A stretch of DNA of 64,000 nt from Acidimicrobiaceae bacterium (GCA_026708645.1 JAPOUM010000026.1:66997-130996); one strand, 5' to 3'; counted from the first letter of the stretch, positions 28,154 to 37,330 are shown. A program made the numbers and translations. The notes: a model not told the origin generated them from the letters alone.

Positions 28154-29383
28154 ATGTCGAATGCATCGCCGTCAGCACCTTCAGCAACGTCAACACACTC
28201 AACACAGACTGCACCGCCGTCGCCGTCAACGCTGACGCGGCGGGCTTACGCGCCGCTTCAGCGGGCCGTGGCGCGAACGACTGCGCTGCTCGTCGCGGCG
28301 GGGCTTCTGGCGGCGGCCTGCAGCAGCGCCGGCATCACCGGCGACGACACACAAGCGCGAACCTCCGCCGAGACGCCGGCCGCCGAAATCGCAGAACCGC
28401 AAGCCGCCGCCACGCCCGAAGCCCAGACAGAGCCCCAGACAGAGCCCCAGACGGACGCTGAACCCGCCGCCGCCGAGGCGACCTTGGTCGATCCCGACGA
28501 CACGGACGCCGCGTCGCTGATGGCTTTGGCCGTCGAGCAGTCCAGTGGCTCGGTACGCGGGGTTGTGACACTCAGCGAGACGGGATCCGCCGACTTGTCG
28601 GTGGACTTCGAGTCCACGGCCGCGGGCGACCTTGCGGCGCGTCTCGAGGTCGGTCCCGGGGAGGAGCCCGGGTTCCCCGACGGAGCGGTGGCCGAGATCC
28701 GCTATGTGGGCGGCTCGGTTTATGTGCGGCCTCCCCTGACGCCCGAGATCAGCGCCGAACTCGGCGCCGCCGAGGTCTGGCATCTGGCTGAGACCGGGCC
28801 CGACTCCCTGTCGGAGGACCTGCCCGTTGCCGGCTTGACCTGCGTCATCCCCACCGTCGGCGCCGGGGCGTCCCCTGCTGCCTCGTGTGACCCGCTGGGC
28901 GATGTCACCCGATTCCTGGTGGCGGCGTCGGAGGCGGAGATCGTCGCTCGCGAAGAGTTGCGCGGCGACGCAGTGACGAAGGTGCGCTTCAAGCTCCCGC
29001 TGCTGGAGATCATGGACGACTCTCTGGGTCAGCCGGCAGGCGGCGACGCTCCCGCCCCACCGCCCGAAGACGCCGCCTCGCCCGGCGACGGTTTCGCTGC
29101 CGAGCAGTCCCAAGACTTTCCGAGTGAAGGCTTCGGCGGTTTCTTCGACATGCTCGACATCGGGCTCGAAGTCGACGCCTGGATAGACGACTTCGGCCTG
29201 CTCAGGCGCTTGTCGTACGACACGAGCGCCATGTTCGCGGCCTTTGGAGCCCCGGAAGGCGAGAGTGCCGGACCTGTGCTGAGCGCCGAGTTCTTCGACT
29301 ACGACGCCGCTGTGGCCGTGTCTGCGCCGCCCGCCGAGCTGCTAGTGGCGCCAGGCAGGATCGAGGACTTCTACGGGAACTGA
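28154..29383 (+). CDS. Hypothetical lipoprotein
   Basis: ATG preceded by AAGGAGG. Lipobox-like LLAAAC-SSAG after a Ser/Thr/Pro-rich N-terminus, then EPQT x3 repeats. No recognisable catalytic motif. Confidence 0.6.
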   Translation: MSNASPSAPSATSTHSTQTAPPSPSTLTRRAYAPLQRAVARTTALLVAAGLLAAACSSAGITGDDTQARTSAETPAAEIAEPQAAATPEAQTEPQTEPQTDAEPAAAEATLVDPDDTDAASLMALAVEQSSGSVRGVVTLSETGSADLSVDFESTAAGDLAARLEVGPGEEPGFPDGAVAEIRYVGGSVYVRPPLTPEISAELGAAEVWHLAETGPDSLSEDLPVAGLTCVIPTVGAGASPAASCDPLGDVTRFLVAASEAEIVAREELRGDAVTKVRFKLPLLEIMDDSLGQPAGGDAPAPPPEDAASPGDGFAAEQSQDFPSEGFGGFFDMLDIGLEVDAWIDDFGLLRRLSYDTSAMFAAFGAPEGESAGPVLSAEFFDYDAAVAVSAPPAELLVAPGRIEDFYGN

Positions 29384-29416
29384 CAGCGCCGCGCCGCGGC
29401 GTTAGGCTCCGGTGGC

Positions 29417-30973
29417 GTGGCGGACGCCTCGATGCACCACAAACTCGAAGATCTCAGGGAACGCAAGTCCGAGGCGCTTTCGGCCGGCACCGCCCGCGCG
29501 GTGCAGCGTCAGCACGACAAGGGCAAGTTGCTGGCCCGTGAGCGCCTCGACTATCTGCTGGACGAGGGCTCGTTCCACGAACTCGACATGCTGGCGCGGC
29601 ACCGGGCGCATGACGCCGGACTCGACGACCGTCCCTACACCGACGGGGTGGTCACCGGTTGGGGCGCCGTCGACGGCCGCAAAGTCTTCGTGTTCTCCCA
29701 AGACTTCACGGTCATGGGCGGCGCTCTGGGCGAAGTCTTCGCCGAGAAGCTCCACAAGGTCATGGATCTTGCGGTGTCGGTCGGCGCGCCCGTCGTCGGG
29801 CTCAACGATGGCGCCGGCGCACGCATCCAGGAGGGCGTCGTCTCGTTGGACGGTTACGGCGGGATCTTCTACCGCAACGTCCAAGCGTCGGGAGTGGTCC
29901 CGCAGATCAGCGTGATCCTGGGACCCTGCGCCGGGGGAGCGGTCTACAGCCCGGCCATGACCGACTTCATTTTCATGGTGCGCGAGAAGTCGCACATGTT
30001 CATCACCGGCCCCGACGTGGTGAAGACCGTCACCGGCGAGGAGGTGACCCTCGAAGATCTGGGCGGCGCCACCAGCCACAGCACCAAGTCGGGTGTCGCC
30101 CATTTCGTGGCCGGCGACGAGCACGAAGTGCTTGACGAGGTCAAGACGCTGTTGTCGTTCCTGCCCGCCAACAACCTCGAGAAGCCTCCCGCCTACAAAT
30201 CGGCTGACGATCCCGAGCGGCTGTGCGAGTCTCTGGACACGCTGCTGCCCGACAGCGCCAACGTGCCCTACGACATGAAGGACGTGATCGCCGAAGTGGT
30301 GGATGACGGCGACTTCTTGGAGTATCACGCCGCTTGGGCGCGCAGCATCGTGTGCGGCTTCGCGCGCATCGACGGCCGCTCGGTCGGAGTGGTGGGCAAC
30401 CAGCCGCTGATGCTGGCCGGAGTGCTCGACATCGAATCGGCCGAGAAGGCGGCCCGTTTCGTGCGCACTTGCGATGCTTTCAACATTCCGCTGCTCACCT
30501 TCGTCGACGTCCCCGGTTTCTTGCCCGGCGTCGATCAGGAGCACGGCGGCATCATCCGCCACGGCGCCAAATTGCTGTATGCCTACTGCGAGGCTTCCGT
30601 GCCCCGCATATCGGTGATCACGCGCAAGGCTTACGGCGGCGCCTATGTGGTCATGGACTCCAAAGGCGTGGGATCGGACTTGGCGTTCGCTTGGCCCTCG
30701 GCCGAGATCGCAGTGATGGGCCCCCAGGGCGCCGTTGAGATCATCCACCGCCGTGAGCTGGCCGAAGCGGCCGACCCTGCCGCTCGCCGCGAAGCCCTGG
30801 TGGCGGACTACACCAAGCGCCTCGCCAATCCTTATGTGGCGGCAGAGCGGGGTTTCGTCGACGAAGTGATCGAGCCTTCGGAGACCCGGCGCAAGGTTGT
30901 GGCCGGTCTGCGGATGCTGGAATCCAAACGCGAGGAACTGCCGGAACGCAAGCACGGCAACGTCCCGCTGTGA
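29417..30973 (+). CDS. pccB: Propionyl-/acyl-CoA carboxylase beta (carboxyltransferase) subunit
   Basis: 518 aa. ..RERLDYLLDEGSFHELD..VTGWGAVDGRKVFVFSQDFTVMGGALGE..GLNDGAGARIQEG..GPCAGGAVYSPAMTDF..RKAYGGAYVVM.. is diagnostic of AccD5/PccB-type carboxyltransferases. Confidence 0.93.
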   Translation: MADASMHHKLEDLRERKSEALSAGTARAVQRQHDKGKLLARERLDYLLDEGSFHELDMLARHRAHDAGLDDRPYTDGVVTGWGAVDGRKVFVFSQDFTVMGGALGEVFAEKLHKVMDLAVSVGAPVVGLNDGAGARIQEGVVSLDGYGGIFYRNVQASGVVPQISVILGPCAGGAVYSPAMTDFIFMVREKSHMFITGPDVVKTVTGEEVTLEDLGGATSHSTKSGVAHFVAGDEHEVLDEVKTLLSFLPANNLEKPPAYKSADDPERLCESLDTLLPDSANVPYDMKDVIAEVVDDGDFLEYHAAWARSIVCGFARIDGRSVGVVGNQPLMLAGVLDIESAEKAARFVRTCDAFNIPLLTFVDVPGFLPGVDQEHGGIIRHGAKLLYAYCEASVPRISVITRKAYGGAYVVMDSKGVGSDLAFAWPSAEIAVMGPQGAVEIIHRRELAEAADPAARREALVADYTKRLANPYVAAERGFVDEVIEPSETRRKVVAGLRMLESKREELPERKHGNVPL

Positions 30974-31197
30974 CCGATCCGCCGGTCGCCGGCCGAGCCG
31001 AGGCCGGTTTTGAGATTCTGTCGATCACGCCCGAGCCCACTGAGCCCGAACGCGCCGCCATAATCCGCGCGATCGAGAGCTTGCAAGCCCGGCTCCGGCC
31101 GCAGTCGGATGCGCCGGCCTGCCCGGCGCCGTCGCTGCAGTGGCGCTACGCGGGCCGTCGTTGGCAGCGTCGCAGCAGTTACGGCGGTTGGGCTTAG
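30970..31197 (+). CDS. Acyl-CoA carboxylase epsilon subunit
   Basis: 75 aa, GTGA overlap with pccB. ..ILSITPEPTEPERAAIIRAIESL.. resembles the AccE/PccE pattern, and the position directly after the beta subunit is typical of Actinomycetota. Confidence 0.65.
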   Translation: MTDPPVAGRAEAGFEILSITPEPTEPERAAIIRAIESLQARLRPQSDAPACPAPSLQWRYAGRRWQRRSSYGGWA

Positions 31198-31712
31198 AAC
31201 GCGCCGGGCAGCAGCACCAGCACAGCCCGCGGCGACCACCAGGTCGCAGCAGTTGCGGCGGTTGGGCTTGAATGCGCGGTTTTCGGGGTGGTGAGCAGCA
31301 CTTCGGTCTGTGTGTGGCGGCTGTTGCGGCGGTTGGGCTTAGAACGCGTCGGGCAGCAGCACCAGCGCAGCCCGCGGCGTCCACAAGGTCGCGGCTGTTG
31401 TGGCGGTTGGGCTTGAATGCGCGGTTTTCGGGGTGGTGAGCAGCACCCCGATCAGCGCGTCGTAGCAGTTGCGGTAGCTGGGCTTAGAACGCGCGGTTTT
31501 CGGGGTGGTGGGCAGTACTTCGGTCTGTGTGTGGCGGCTGTTGCGGCGGTTGGGTTTAGAACGCGTCGGGCAGCAGCACCAGCGCAGCCCGCGGCGTCCA
31601 CAAGGTCGCGGCTGTTGTGGCGGTTGGGTTTGAATGCGCGGTTTTCGCGGTGGTGGGCAGTACTTCGATCTGCGCGTCGTAGCAGTTGCGGTGGCTGGGC
31701 TTAGAACGCGCG
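31172..31712. repeat. Intergenic tandem array: ~72-bp subunits in two alternating variants (~144-bp super-unit), about 7.5 subunits
   Basis: The core (C/A)GTTG(C/T)GGCGGTTGGG(C/T)TT(A)GAA(C/T)GCG recurs near 31172, 31251, 31322, 31393, 31467, 31538, 31610 and 31684. GGGCTTAGAACGCG starts at 31192, 31335, 31480, 31552 (GGGTTT variant) and 31697. The first copy is the last codons and stop of accE. Confidence 0.9.
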
Positions 31713-31900
31713 CAGGCGCATAGAGTTGGCGCCACCAACCACGAAGCGATGCGGATTGCCGCACAGTCTGGGCCGAGAACATGCGCAGGCAGAGCTGGCA
31801 GCTCCCAGAGCCGCCCGTGAGCGCAGCGGACCCAAGCGGGCATGACACAACAGAGATGCGCCGGGCGCCCATCCGTCGGAGTTCGCTCTAAGTTGGAGCA

Positions 31901-32389
31901 GTGCCGCAAGCCTCGCCGTCATCGTCGCAACCGCCGCAAGCGTTCCTCGATGAGCTGAGGCCGCGCTGCGGGCAGTTCGAAGCCATGGCGGAAGGCCGCA
32001 CCTATCGGGTTCCCGGTGCTGAGACCCTGACAGCACTGGCCGGAGAGTTCCGCGACGGCGCCAGCTACCAGACGATCTTGTCTTTCGTGCGCACCCCCGG
32101 CCTGCTCGCACTCAAACACTACGTAGCCGCTCTCAAGCTGATCTTGGCCCCCGACGGCTGGATACTCATGGTGGAGCCGACCCGGCCCGATGGGGCGCCT
32201 GTGCTCGGATCGAGGCTCTTCGCTTCGGCCGGCGGGCCAGACCTGGTAACGGCGCTGCGCGCCGCTGGGCTGTTCGTCACCGATGTAGAGCGGCGCTCCT
32301 GCAGGTCTTTGCCGCGTCGTTGGCGTGACTATGTCGTGTTGAGAGCCCGCCATGAGACGCCCCCAGCACGAGACCGTCCTGTCGGCTAG
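31901..32389 (+). CDS. Hypothetical protein (weak resemblance to the C-terminal half of class I methyltransferases)
   Basis: 162 aa. ..ALKLILAPDGWILMVEP.. resembles the post-motif-II strand of SAM methyltransferases, but no GxGxG motif is present. The coding call rests mainly on ORF length in an otherwise empty interval. Confidence 0.3.
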   Translation: MPQASPSSSQPPQAFLDELRPRCGQFEAMAEGRTYRVPGAETLTALAGEFRDGASYQTILSFVRTPGLLALKHYVAALKLILAPDGWILMVEPTRPDGAPVLGSRLFASAGGPDLVTALRAAGLFVTDVERRSCRSLPRRWRDYVVLRARHETPPARDRPVG

Positions 32390-32584
32390 GTCTGGGCCCG
32401 GCCGGACTGGGCCAAGACCCAGGCATTCGTCTCAGGACTCTTCGATGGTCACTGAGCGTTCTGTTCGTAGTTGTCGGCGGTGTTGCTTGGCACAGAGAGT
32501 CGCTCGTCGGTGTGTGTTCCGCGTGCGGTTCGGCGGCCGGCGCTTGTTCGCCTGGACTCAGATCCCCGCTTCCAGATCCCTGTC

Positions 32585-33694
32585 TCAGGATTCTTCGATG
32601 GTCACCGAGCGTACTGTCACGTCACGCGACGGCGCTCCGCCGAGCGACCCGCCGGGTTCGTGAAGGCCGATGATCGATTGCGCTACCGCCAACCCTGCGT
32701 CGTCGGTGCTGCCGAACACCACGTAGGTGCCCTGGCTGTCGAGCAGAGCGGTGTCAGGCCCGGTGGTCAAGAAGAACTGCGCTCCGGCGGAGTTCTCGCC
32801 GGCTGACCGGGCCATCACCAGCTGGCCGGGCTGATAGCGGTAGGGCCCGGTGAGCGCGCCGGTGGCCGGATCAACTTCGAAAGCGGGTTCGTCGGGGATC
32901 GTGTAGCCGGGACCCGGATCAGAGGCGCTGTTGGTGTGGGGTGAGCCGCCCTGGATGATGTCGATCGACGGATCCGTGCGGAACAGCAGAGTGTCGTCGT
33001 AGTAGCCCCAGCGCGCCAGGGTCACGAAGTTGTTGACTGTCAGCGGGGTTTCTGAGGCGGTCAACTCGAAGCTCATCTCGCCTTCGCTGGTGTCGAAGAC
33101 GGCCACGTAGCGAGCCTCGGGGTCGATGCACATCGGCTGCGGAGCGTCGAAGTCGATCATGCGGGGTCCGGATCCGTCCGACGGCGGGCAGCCCGGGTCG
33201 AGGTCGACGGTGTCCGCCGACTCTGGCGGCGCCTCAGCCGTCGCCGCTGGCTCTGGCGAGTCTGCCGGTTCTACTACGGCCGGCTCTGTCGAGTCTGCGG
33301 GATCCGTCGATGCTGTTGAGCCTGCTGGATCTGTCGAGCCCGCAGGGTCTGTTGGGTCTGTTGGGTCTGTTTGGTCTGTCGAGCCTGGATCTTCTGTTGG
33401 GTCCTCGGTCGCTTCTGCCGTTTCTTCGGTTGCAGGTTCTGAGGTCTCTTCAGTCGGCGCCTCGGCTTCAGAGTCCTGGGAGTCGCTGCCGATCGCCTGG
33501 CCTCCATCCTGCTCAGGCTCAGAATCGGAGCGCTGCAGCAGCCAGATTCCCGCGATGAGAACGACCGTCGCCAGCGCAGCGATGACGCCCAGCCTGACAC
33601 GCCGACGAGCGGCTCGCCGCTTGGCTGCTGCCTGATCCGCGGCCAAGCGCTGCTGGCGGTTCTGGCGCTGGCGTTCACGTTTGGCGGTGCTCAT
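32585..33694 (-). CDS. Membrane-anchored cyclophilin-type peptidyl-prolyl cis-trans isomerase
   Basis: 369 aa. Basic N-terminus plus TM (VRLGVIAALATVVLIAGIWLL), an acidic T/D/P/E-rich linker with TDP/AGSTDP repeats, then a cyclophilin domain ..TPLTVNNFVTLARWGYYDDTLLFRT..IIQGGSP..MARSAGENSAGAQFFLT..VFG. Confidence 0.85.
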   Translation of the reverse strand: MSTAKRERQRQNRQQRLAADQAAAKRRAARRRVRLGVIAALATVVLIAGIWLLQRSDSEPEQDGGQAIGSDSQDSEAEAPTEETSEPATEETAEATEDPTEDPGSTDQTDPTDPTDPAGSTDPAGSTASTDPADSTEPAVVEPADSPEPAATAEAPPESADTVDLDPGCPPSDGSGPRMIDFDAPQPMCIDPEARYVAVFDTSEGEMSFELTASETPLTVNNFVTLARWGYYDDTLLFRTDPSIDIIQGGSPHTNSASDPGPGYTIPDEPAFEVDPATGALTGPYRYQPGQLVMARSAGENSAGAQFFLTTGPDTALLDSQGTYVVFGSTDDAGLAVAQSIIGLHEPGGSLGGAPSRDVTVRSVTIEES

Positions 33695-33731
33695 GCCTGT
33701 GCTTTCGTATCCGATCAGTCGGGTGGTTCAG

Positions 33732-33926
33732 CTAGGCGATCAGGCCCACAGCCAAAGAAGCCACCATCATCGTCACCACCAACACGGCGACCACCGCGAA
33801 GAGGACGCGCTGCCTGTCCCGGCGACTGCGCCGCCGCGGCCTGGGCCCGCTCGTAGCCGGCACGCGGGCCGCACGGACCCGCCGCTTGCGCAGTTCGCTC
33901 TGGGAAGGCATCCCCCAACAATACAA
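33732..33926 (-). CDS. Small basic single-TM membrane protein (hypothetical)
   Basis: Arg-rich N-terminus followed by VLFAVVAVLVVTMMVASLAVGLIA. Same strand as the PPIase and immediately upstream of it. Start uncertain (ATG 33926 or 33911). Confidence 0.3.
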   Translation of the reverse strand: MYCWGMPSQSELRKRRVRAARVPATSGPRPRRRSRRDRQRVLFAVVAVLVVTMMVASLAVGLIA

Positions 33927-34053
33927 CTGTTCCCGCTCAGGTGTTCCCGCTCAGGTGCTTCAGCTCAGTGCGCCCGACGCTACGAGCGGATTCCTCGACT
34001 GCGTTCAGCGCTCTCTCAGCGCAGCGTTGCGCCCGCCGGCCTTGCGGTTCGGT

Positions 34054-34905
34054 TCAGGGTTGCTCGCAGCCAGTGTCCAGCATTATCTGCGGCAGGCGTC
34101 CCGACTTGAAAGCTCGCACAGCGCCGTCGGCAATGTTGAACACCACCCTGTAGTTGTCATCTCCCGGATCTCTGGGCACGAAAACCAGGTCCACCGTGCC
34201 ATCGACTCGGACTTCGCGCTCGATGCTGTCGCCGAAGAGGTCGGTGACCAGAGTCTCGGGTGATCCCACCCCGACACCTGATCTTGTGGTGATCGGTCCG
34301 CTGTTGATGTCGACGCGTTCGATGGTGCCCTCATGCACCAAGAACACGATGCCTTCGGGAGCGTCTGCGGGCACGACGTGATAGCAGGAACCTGTCGGCC
34401 CGGCAGGCACCAGCACCGTTCCGGCGGCCTGCTGCGCCTGGTTGACGCTCATGCCGAAATTGACGCTGTCGAGACCCACGGTCGAGACGGTCGAGCTGTT
34501 GCTCAGTGTCGACGGTCCGAACTGTCCCGGGTTCTCCAGCGGCACGGTCGTGAGCGTGGTGGTCGTGGCGCCGACGGTCGTAGTGACGTCGGGCAGAGTT
34601 GTCGTGACAGCCGCCGATCTATCGTCGTCAGCGCCGCTGCCGTCAGGGGTTGCGACGAACGGCAATGTGGTGGTCGTCGCAAGCGTGGTCGTGGCGGCAC
34701 TGCCTGCTTCGCTGCTTGTTTCTGAGGTTTCGTCTGCAGAGTTTTCGTCGTCTCCGGAATCTCGGCCTATGAACCAGATCACGCTGCTTATGATCAGGCT
34801 CACTGCTGCTGCAGCAATGAGAATCGGCAGCCATCGGGGCCTGCGGGAGGTTTCTTCACCGGGCCAGAACTGGTTTTGATCCTCATGCTCCGGGTTCCAC
34901 TCCAC
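34054..34905 (-). CDS. Hypothetical membrane-anchored extracytoplasmic protein with Thr-rich linker
   Basis: 283 aa. TM WLPILIAAAAVSLIISSVIWFI, a T-rich linker (ATTTLATTTTLP, TTTVGATTTTLTTVP), and a ~140-aa C-terminal globular domain of unknown family. Confidence 0.55.
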   Translation of the reverse strand: MEWNPEHEDQNQFWPGEETSRRPRWLPILIAAAAVSLIISSVIWFIGRDSGDDENSADETSETSSEAGSAATTTLATTTTLPFVATPDGSGADDDRSAAVTTTLPDVTTTVGATTTTLTTVPLENPGQFGPSTLSNSSTVSTVGLDSVNFGMSVNQAQQAAGTVLVPAGPTGSCYHVVPADAPEGIVFLVHEGTIERVDINSGPITTRSGVGVGSPETLVTDLFGDSIEREVRVDGTVDLVFVPRDPGDDNYRVVFNIADGAVRAFKSGRLPQIMLDTGCEQP

Positions 34906-34952
34906 ATCATCAGGCTAGTCGGTCGCCGCCAGCCCGAAGTGGATTAGAACGG

Positions 34953-35025
34953 TGGGCCGCCCGGGGCTCGAACCCGGCACCTTGAGATTAAAAGTCTCCT
35001 GCTCTACCCGATGAGCTAGCGGCCC
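34953..35025 (-). tRNA. tRNA-Lys (anticodon TTT)
   Basis: Reverse complement reads GGGCCGCTAGCTCATCGGGTAGAGCAGGAGACTTTTAATCTCAAGGTGCCGGGTTCGAGCCCCGGGCGGCCCA. Anticodon loop CTTTTAA, T-loop GGTTCGAGCCC. Confidence 0.9.
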
Positions 35026-35086
35026 GTCACCATTGTGGCAGCGGGCCGGGCCAACAAGACGCCCGCAGCGGTTTTGGCTGATGCTC

Positions 35087-35458
35087 TCAGCCGCCTTCGG
35101 CTGTGTGGCGGTGGGCTCGGAGGTCTTCGAGGTCGGCCCATTCCAGCGTTCTGGCGTGCGTCGCCTCCAGCACCACCTGAGGCGCGGCCCCGGATTCGAG
35201 TGCTTCGGCCCAGCGCGACGCGCACAGGCACCACTGGTCGCCAGGCTTCAGGCCGTCGAATCCGATCGCCGGTTGCGGGGTGGACAAGTCGTTGCCAGCC
35301 GCTTTGGAGAACTCCAGGAATTCCGCAGTCATCACCGCGCAAACCGTGTGGACGCCGTAATCGCCGGAGTCGGTGTTGCAGCAGCCGTCACGGAACCAGC
35401 CGGTGAGCGGGTCAAAGGAGCAGGGCTGCAACTCGCCGCCCAGAACATTGAGAGCCAT
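35087..35458 (-). CDS. DUF2237 family protein
   Basis: 123 aa. MALNVLGGELQPCSFDPLTGWFRDGCCNT..GVHTVCAVMTAEFLEFS..GNDLSTP..GLKPGDQWCLCASRW is the conserved DUF2237 pattern. Confidence 0.8.
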   Translation of the reverse strand: MALNVLGGELQPCSFDPLTGWFRDGCCNTDSGDYGVHTVCAVMTAEFLEFSKAAGNDLSTPQPAIGFDGLKPGDQWCLCASRWAEALESGAAPQVVLEATHARTLEWADLEDLRAHRHTAEGG

Positions 35459-35507
35459 GCTGCCCAGTCTCGCAGATCGCGGCGCCTCTTGCGGTTAGGG
35501 TCGCTGC

Positions 35508-36002
35508 ATGACCGATCCCGACCCGCAGCCGCCAGCGCCGCCGCCTGTCGGCGCCGATGCGACCGGCGCCGCGCCTGACAGCCGTGATGCCGAAAGCGGT
35601 CTCGGCGACAGTGTTGACACGGACAACTTTGACGCGGGCAGCGTCGACGGCGACGGTGTTGAAACAGACAGTGTTGCTGGTGACGGTGTTGACATGGACA
35701 ACTTTGACGCGGGCAGCGTCGACGGCGACGGTGTTGAAACAGACAGTGTTGCTGGCGACGGTGTTAACGCAGCCAGTGTTGACACAGACAGCGTTGCTGG
35801 CGGCAGTGTTGACACAGACAGTGTTGCTGGCGGCAGTGTTGACAGCAGTCTCGAGGAGGGCCTCGGAGGCCTGCTCGTCGCCGACAGCGACCTCAACAGC
35901 GTTGATGAGGCGCTGCAAGCTCTCGATGCCGGCGATCTGGAAAGAGCCGAGACGCTGGCGGCCCGGCTCGCAGGAATCGACGCTTCCGAGGCGCGGTCCT
36001 AG
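35508..36002 (+). CDS. Hypothetical acidic repeat protein
   Basis: 164 aa. Pro-rich N-terminus, then a 63-bp unit x2 (DNFDAGSVDGDGVETDSVAGDGV) and a 30-bp unit x2 (SVDTDSVAGG). The repeat periods are multiples of 3, which is consistent with coding. Helical C-terminus. Confidence 0.45.
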   Translation: MTDPDPQPPAPPPVGADATGAAPDSRDAESGLGDSVDTDNFDAGSVDGDGVETDSVAGDGVDMDNFDAGSVDGDGVETDSVAGDGVNAASVDTDSVAGGSVDTDSVAGGSVDSSLEEGLGGLLVADSDLNSVDEALQALDAGDLERAETLAARLAGIDASEARS

Positions 36003-36005
36003 CCG

Positions 36006-36710
36006 TCAGCCGACGAGGCTGCCGTTTGACGCAGCTGGGCTGCGCCCGAGGTCGGTCAACGCCAGAAGGTATCCCTCGGCCCGTTCGGCGTTGGGGTTGC
36101 GGTTGACGATGGCGTGGAACTCCGGTGAATGGTCAGGCACCATCAGGTGGGCCAGTTCGTGGACGATCACATGGTCGAGCACCCACGGGGGAGCGTCAGC
36201 CAAGCGTGTCGAAATGCGGATGTCGGCGTTTCCGGGCGTGCAAGAACCCCAACGGTGGCGTTGCCGTGACGACCACCGGATCGAGCGCGGCTCCGGCAGC
36301 CCGAAGCGTGCCGCGAGCTCTTTCGCTCGGGGTTCCAGCGGCAGATGCCCGCAGCGTTTCGCCTCCTCCCAGCGAGCCACGACTTTGCTCACCAGGCCCG
36401 CCTCCTCGTCGTCTGTCATCCAAGCCGGGACCCGTACCTCCAGCACGCCGTCGGACATCCGCGCAGACGCCGTCTTGTGCCGCTTGGTACTGCGGATCAC
36501 ACGCACCACGGTCGCTCCTTGCGGAACAACTTCGTCCGCGAAGTCCCCGTCCGCGAAGTCCGCGTCCGCGAAGTCCGCGTCCGCGAAATCTTCTAGAGGC
36601 GCCCGCGCCGGCCGCGGCCGCTTCGACCCGGCCCGCGAGGCGAAGTCCGCGTCTGCGAAATCTTCTAGAGGCGCCTCTGCGATGCTCACTGTCGCTCCGG
36701 GGTCGGTCAC
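36006..36710 (-). CDS. YgjP-like (DUF45) M48-family metal-dependent hydrolase
   Basis: GTG at 36710 overlaps the stop of the upstream phosphatase gene (GTGA). C-terminal RWGSCTPGNADIRISTRLADAPPWVLDHVIVHELAHLMVPDHSPEFHAIV (HExxH). The N-terminus has DFADA-type repeats. Confidence 0.75.
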   Translation of the reverse strand: MTDPGATVSIAEAPLEDFADADFASRAGSKRPRPARAPLEDFADADFADADFADGDFADEVVPQGATVVRVIRSTKRHKTASARMSDGVLEVRVPAWMTDDEEAGLVSKVVARWEEAKRCGHLPLEPRAKELAARFGLPEPRSIRWSSRQRHRWGSCTPGNADIRISTRLADAPPWVLDHVIVHELAHLMVPDHSPEFHAIVNRNPNAERAEGYLLALTDLGRSPAASNGSLVG

Positions 36711-37330
36711 TGTCGTTGCGTTGTCGCCGCGGGCCTGCGGTTGTCTGCGTCTGCGTCGGCGTCGAGGGTGACCCGCCCGTGCAGGCTGACCTCGCCCGAC
36801 TTCACCAGCAGCCGACAACCGTTGAGGTTGCCGGTGCGCGCGAAGCCGGCATCGAAATGCCTTTCAAGCGCATAGATGACACCGGCGTGTGACACGACCA
36901 GCACGACACCATTAGGAACACTGTCGCCGAGGCGCGCCGCCGCTTGCAGCACTCGGGCGGTCAGCGACTCGTGGCTCTCCCAGGCGGGCGGATAGTTGTT
37001 CGTCGCCAAGGCGCCGGGGTAGTCGCGCTCGATCTCTTCGCTGGTGAGTCCCTGCCATTCTCCGACATCTCGCTCACGCCAGCCCTCGTCGCAAGTCACC
37101 GATCCGACCTTGAGCGTTTCGGCGATGATCTCGGCGGTTTGGCGCGCCCGCTTGAGATCGCTGCTCACGATGCTGCGAACGTCGGCCAGGCTGCCGCCGG
37201 AGTTGCGCTCGGCGACGGCGCGCGCTTGGACGGCGCCCTCGGTCGAGAGAGGCGGATCGGCGTGCCCCTGCCAGCGCCCGGCCGCGTTCCAAACAGACTG
37301 GGCGTGGCGGACCACCAGCAGGTTCAGCAC
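36707..37330 (-). CDS. Histidine phosphatase family protein (phosphoglycerate-mutase-like)
   Basis: 207 aa. LLVVRHAQSVWNAAGRWQGHADPPLSTEG (RHG motif region) ..VVSHAGVI. Confidence 0.85.
   Translation of the reverse strand: MLNLLVVRHAQSVWNAAGRWQGHADPPLSTEGAVQARAVAERNSGGSLADVRSIVSSDLKRARQTAEIIAETLKVGSVTCDEGWRERDVGEWQGLTSEEIERDYPGALATNNYPPAWESHESLTARVLQAAARLGDSVPNGVVLVVSHAGVIYALERHFDAGFARTGNLNGCRLLVKSGEVSLHGRVTLDADADADNRRPAATTQRQ

Noticed and set aside
31172-31712. CRISPR-like layout: a ~26-28-nt repeat recurring every ~72 bp with ~44-nt intervening segments
   Set aside because: The 'spacers' are not unique. Only two sequences occur, and they largely alternate. The repeat is the 3' end of accE, there is no leader, and there are no cas genes in the window. 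It is a tandem duplication array, not a CRISPR.
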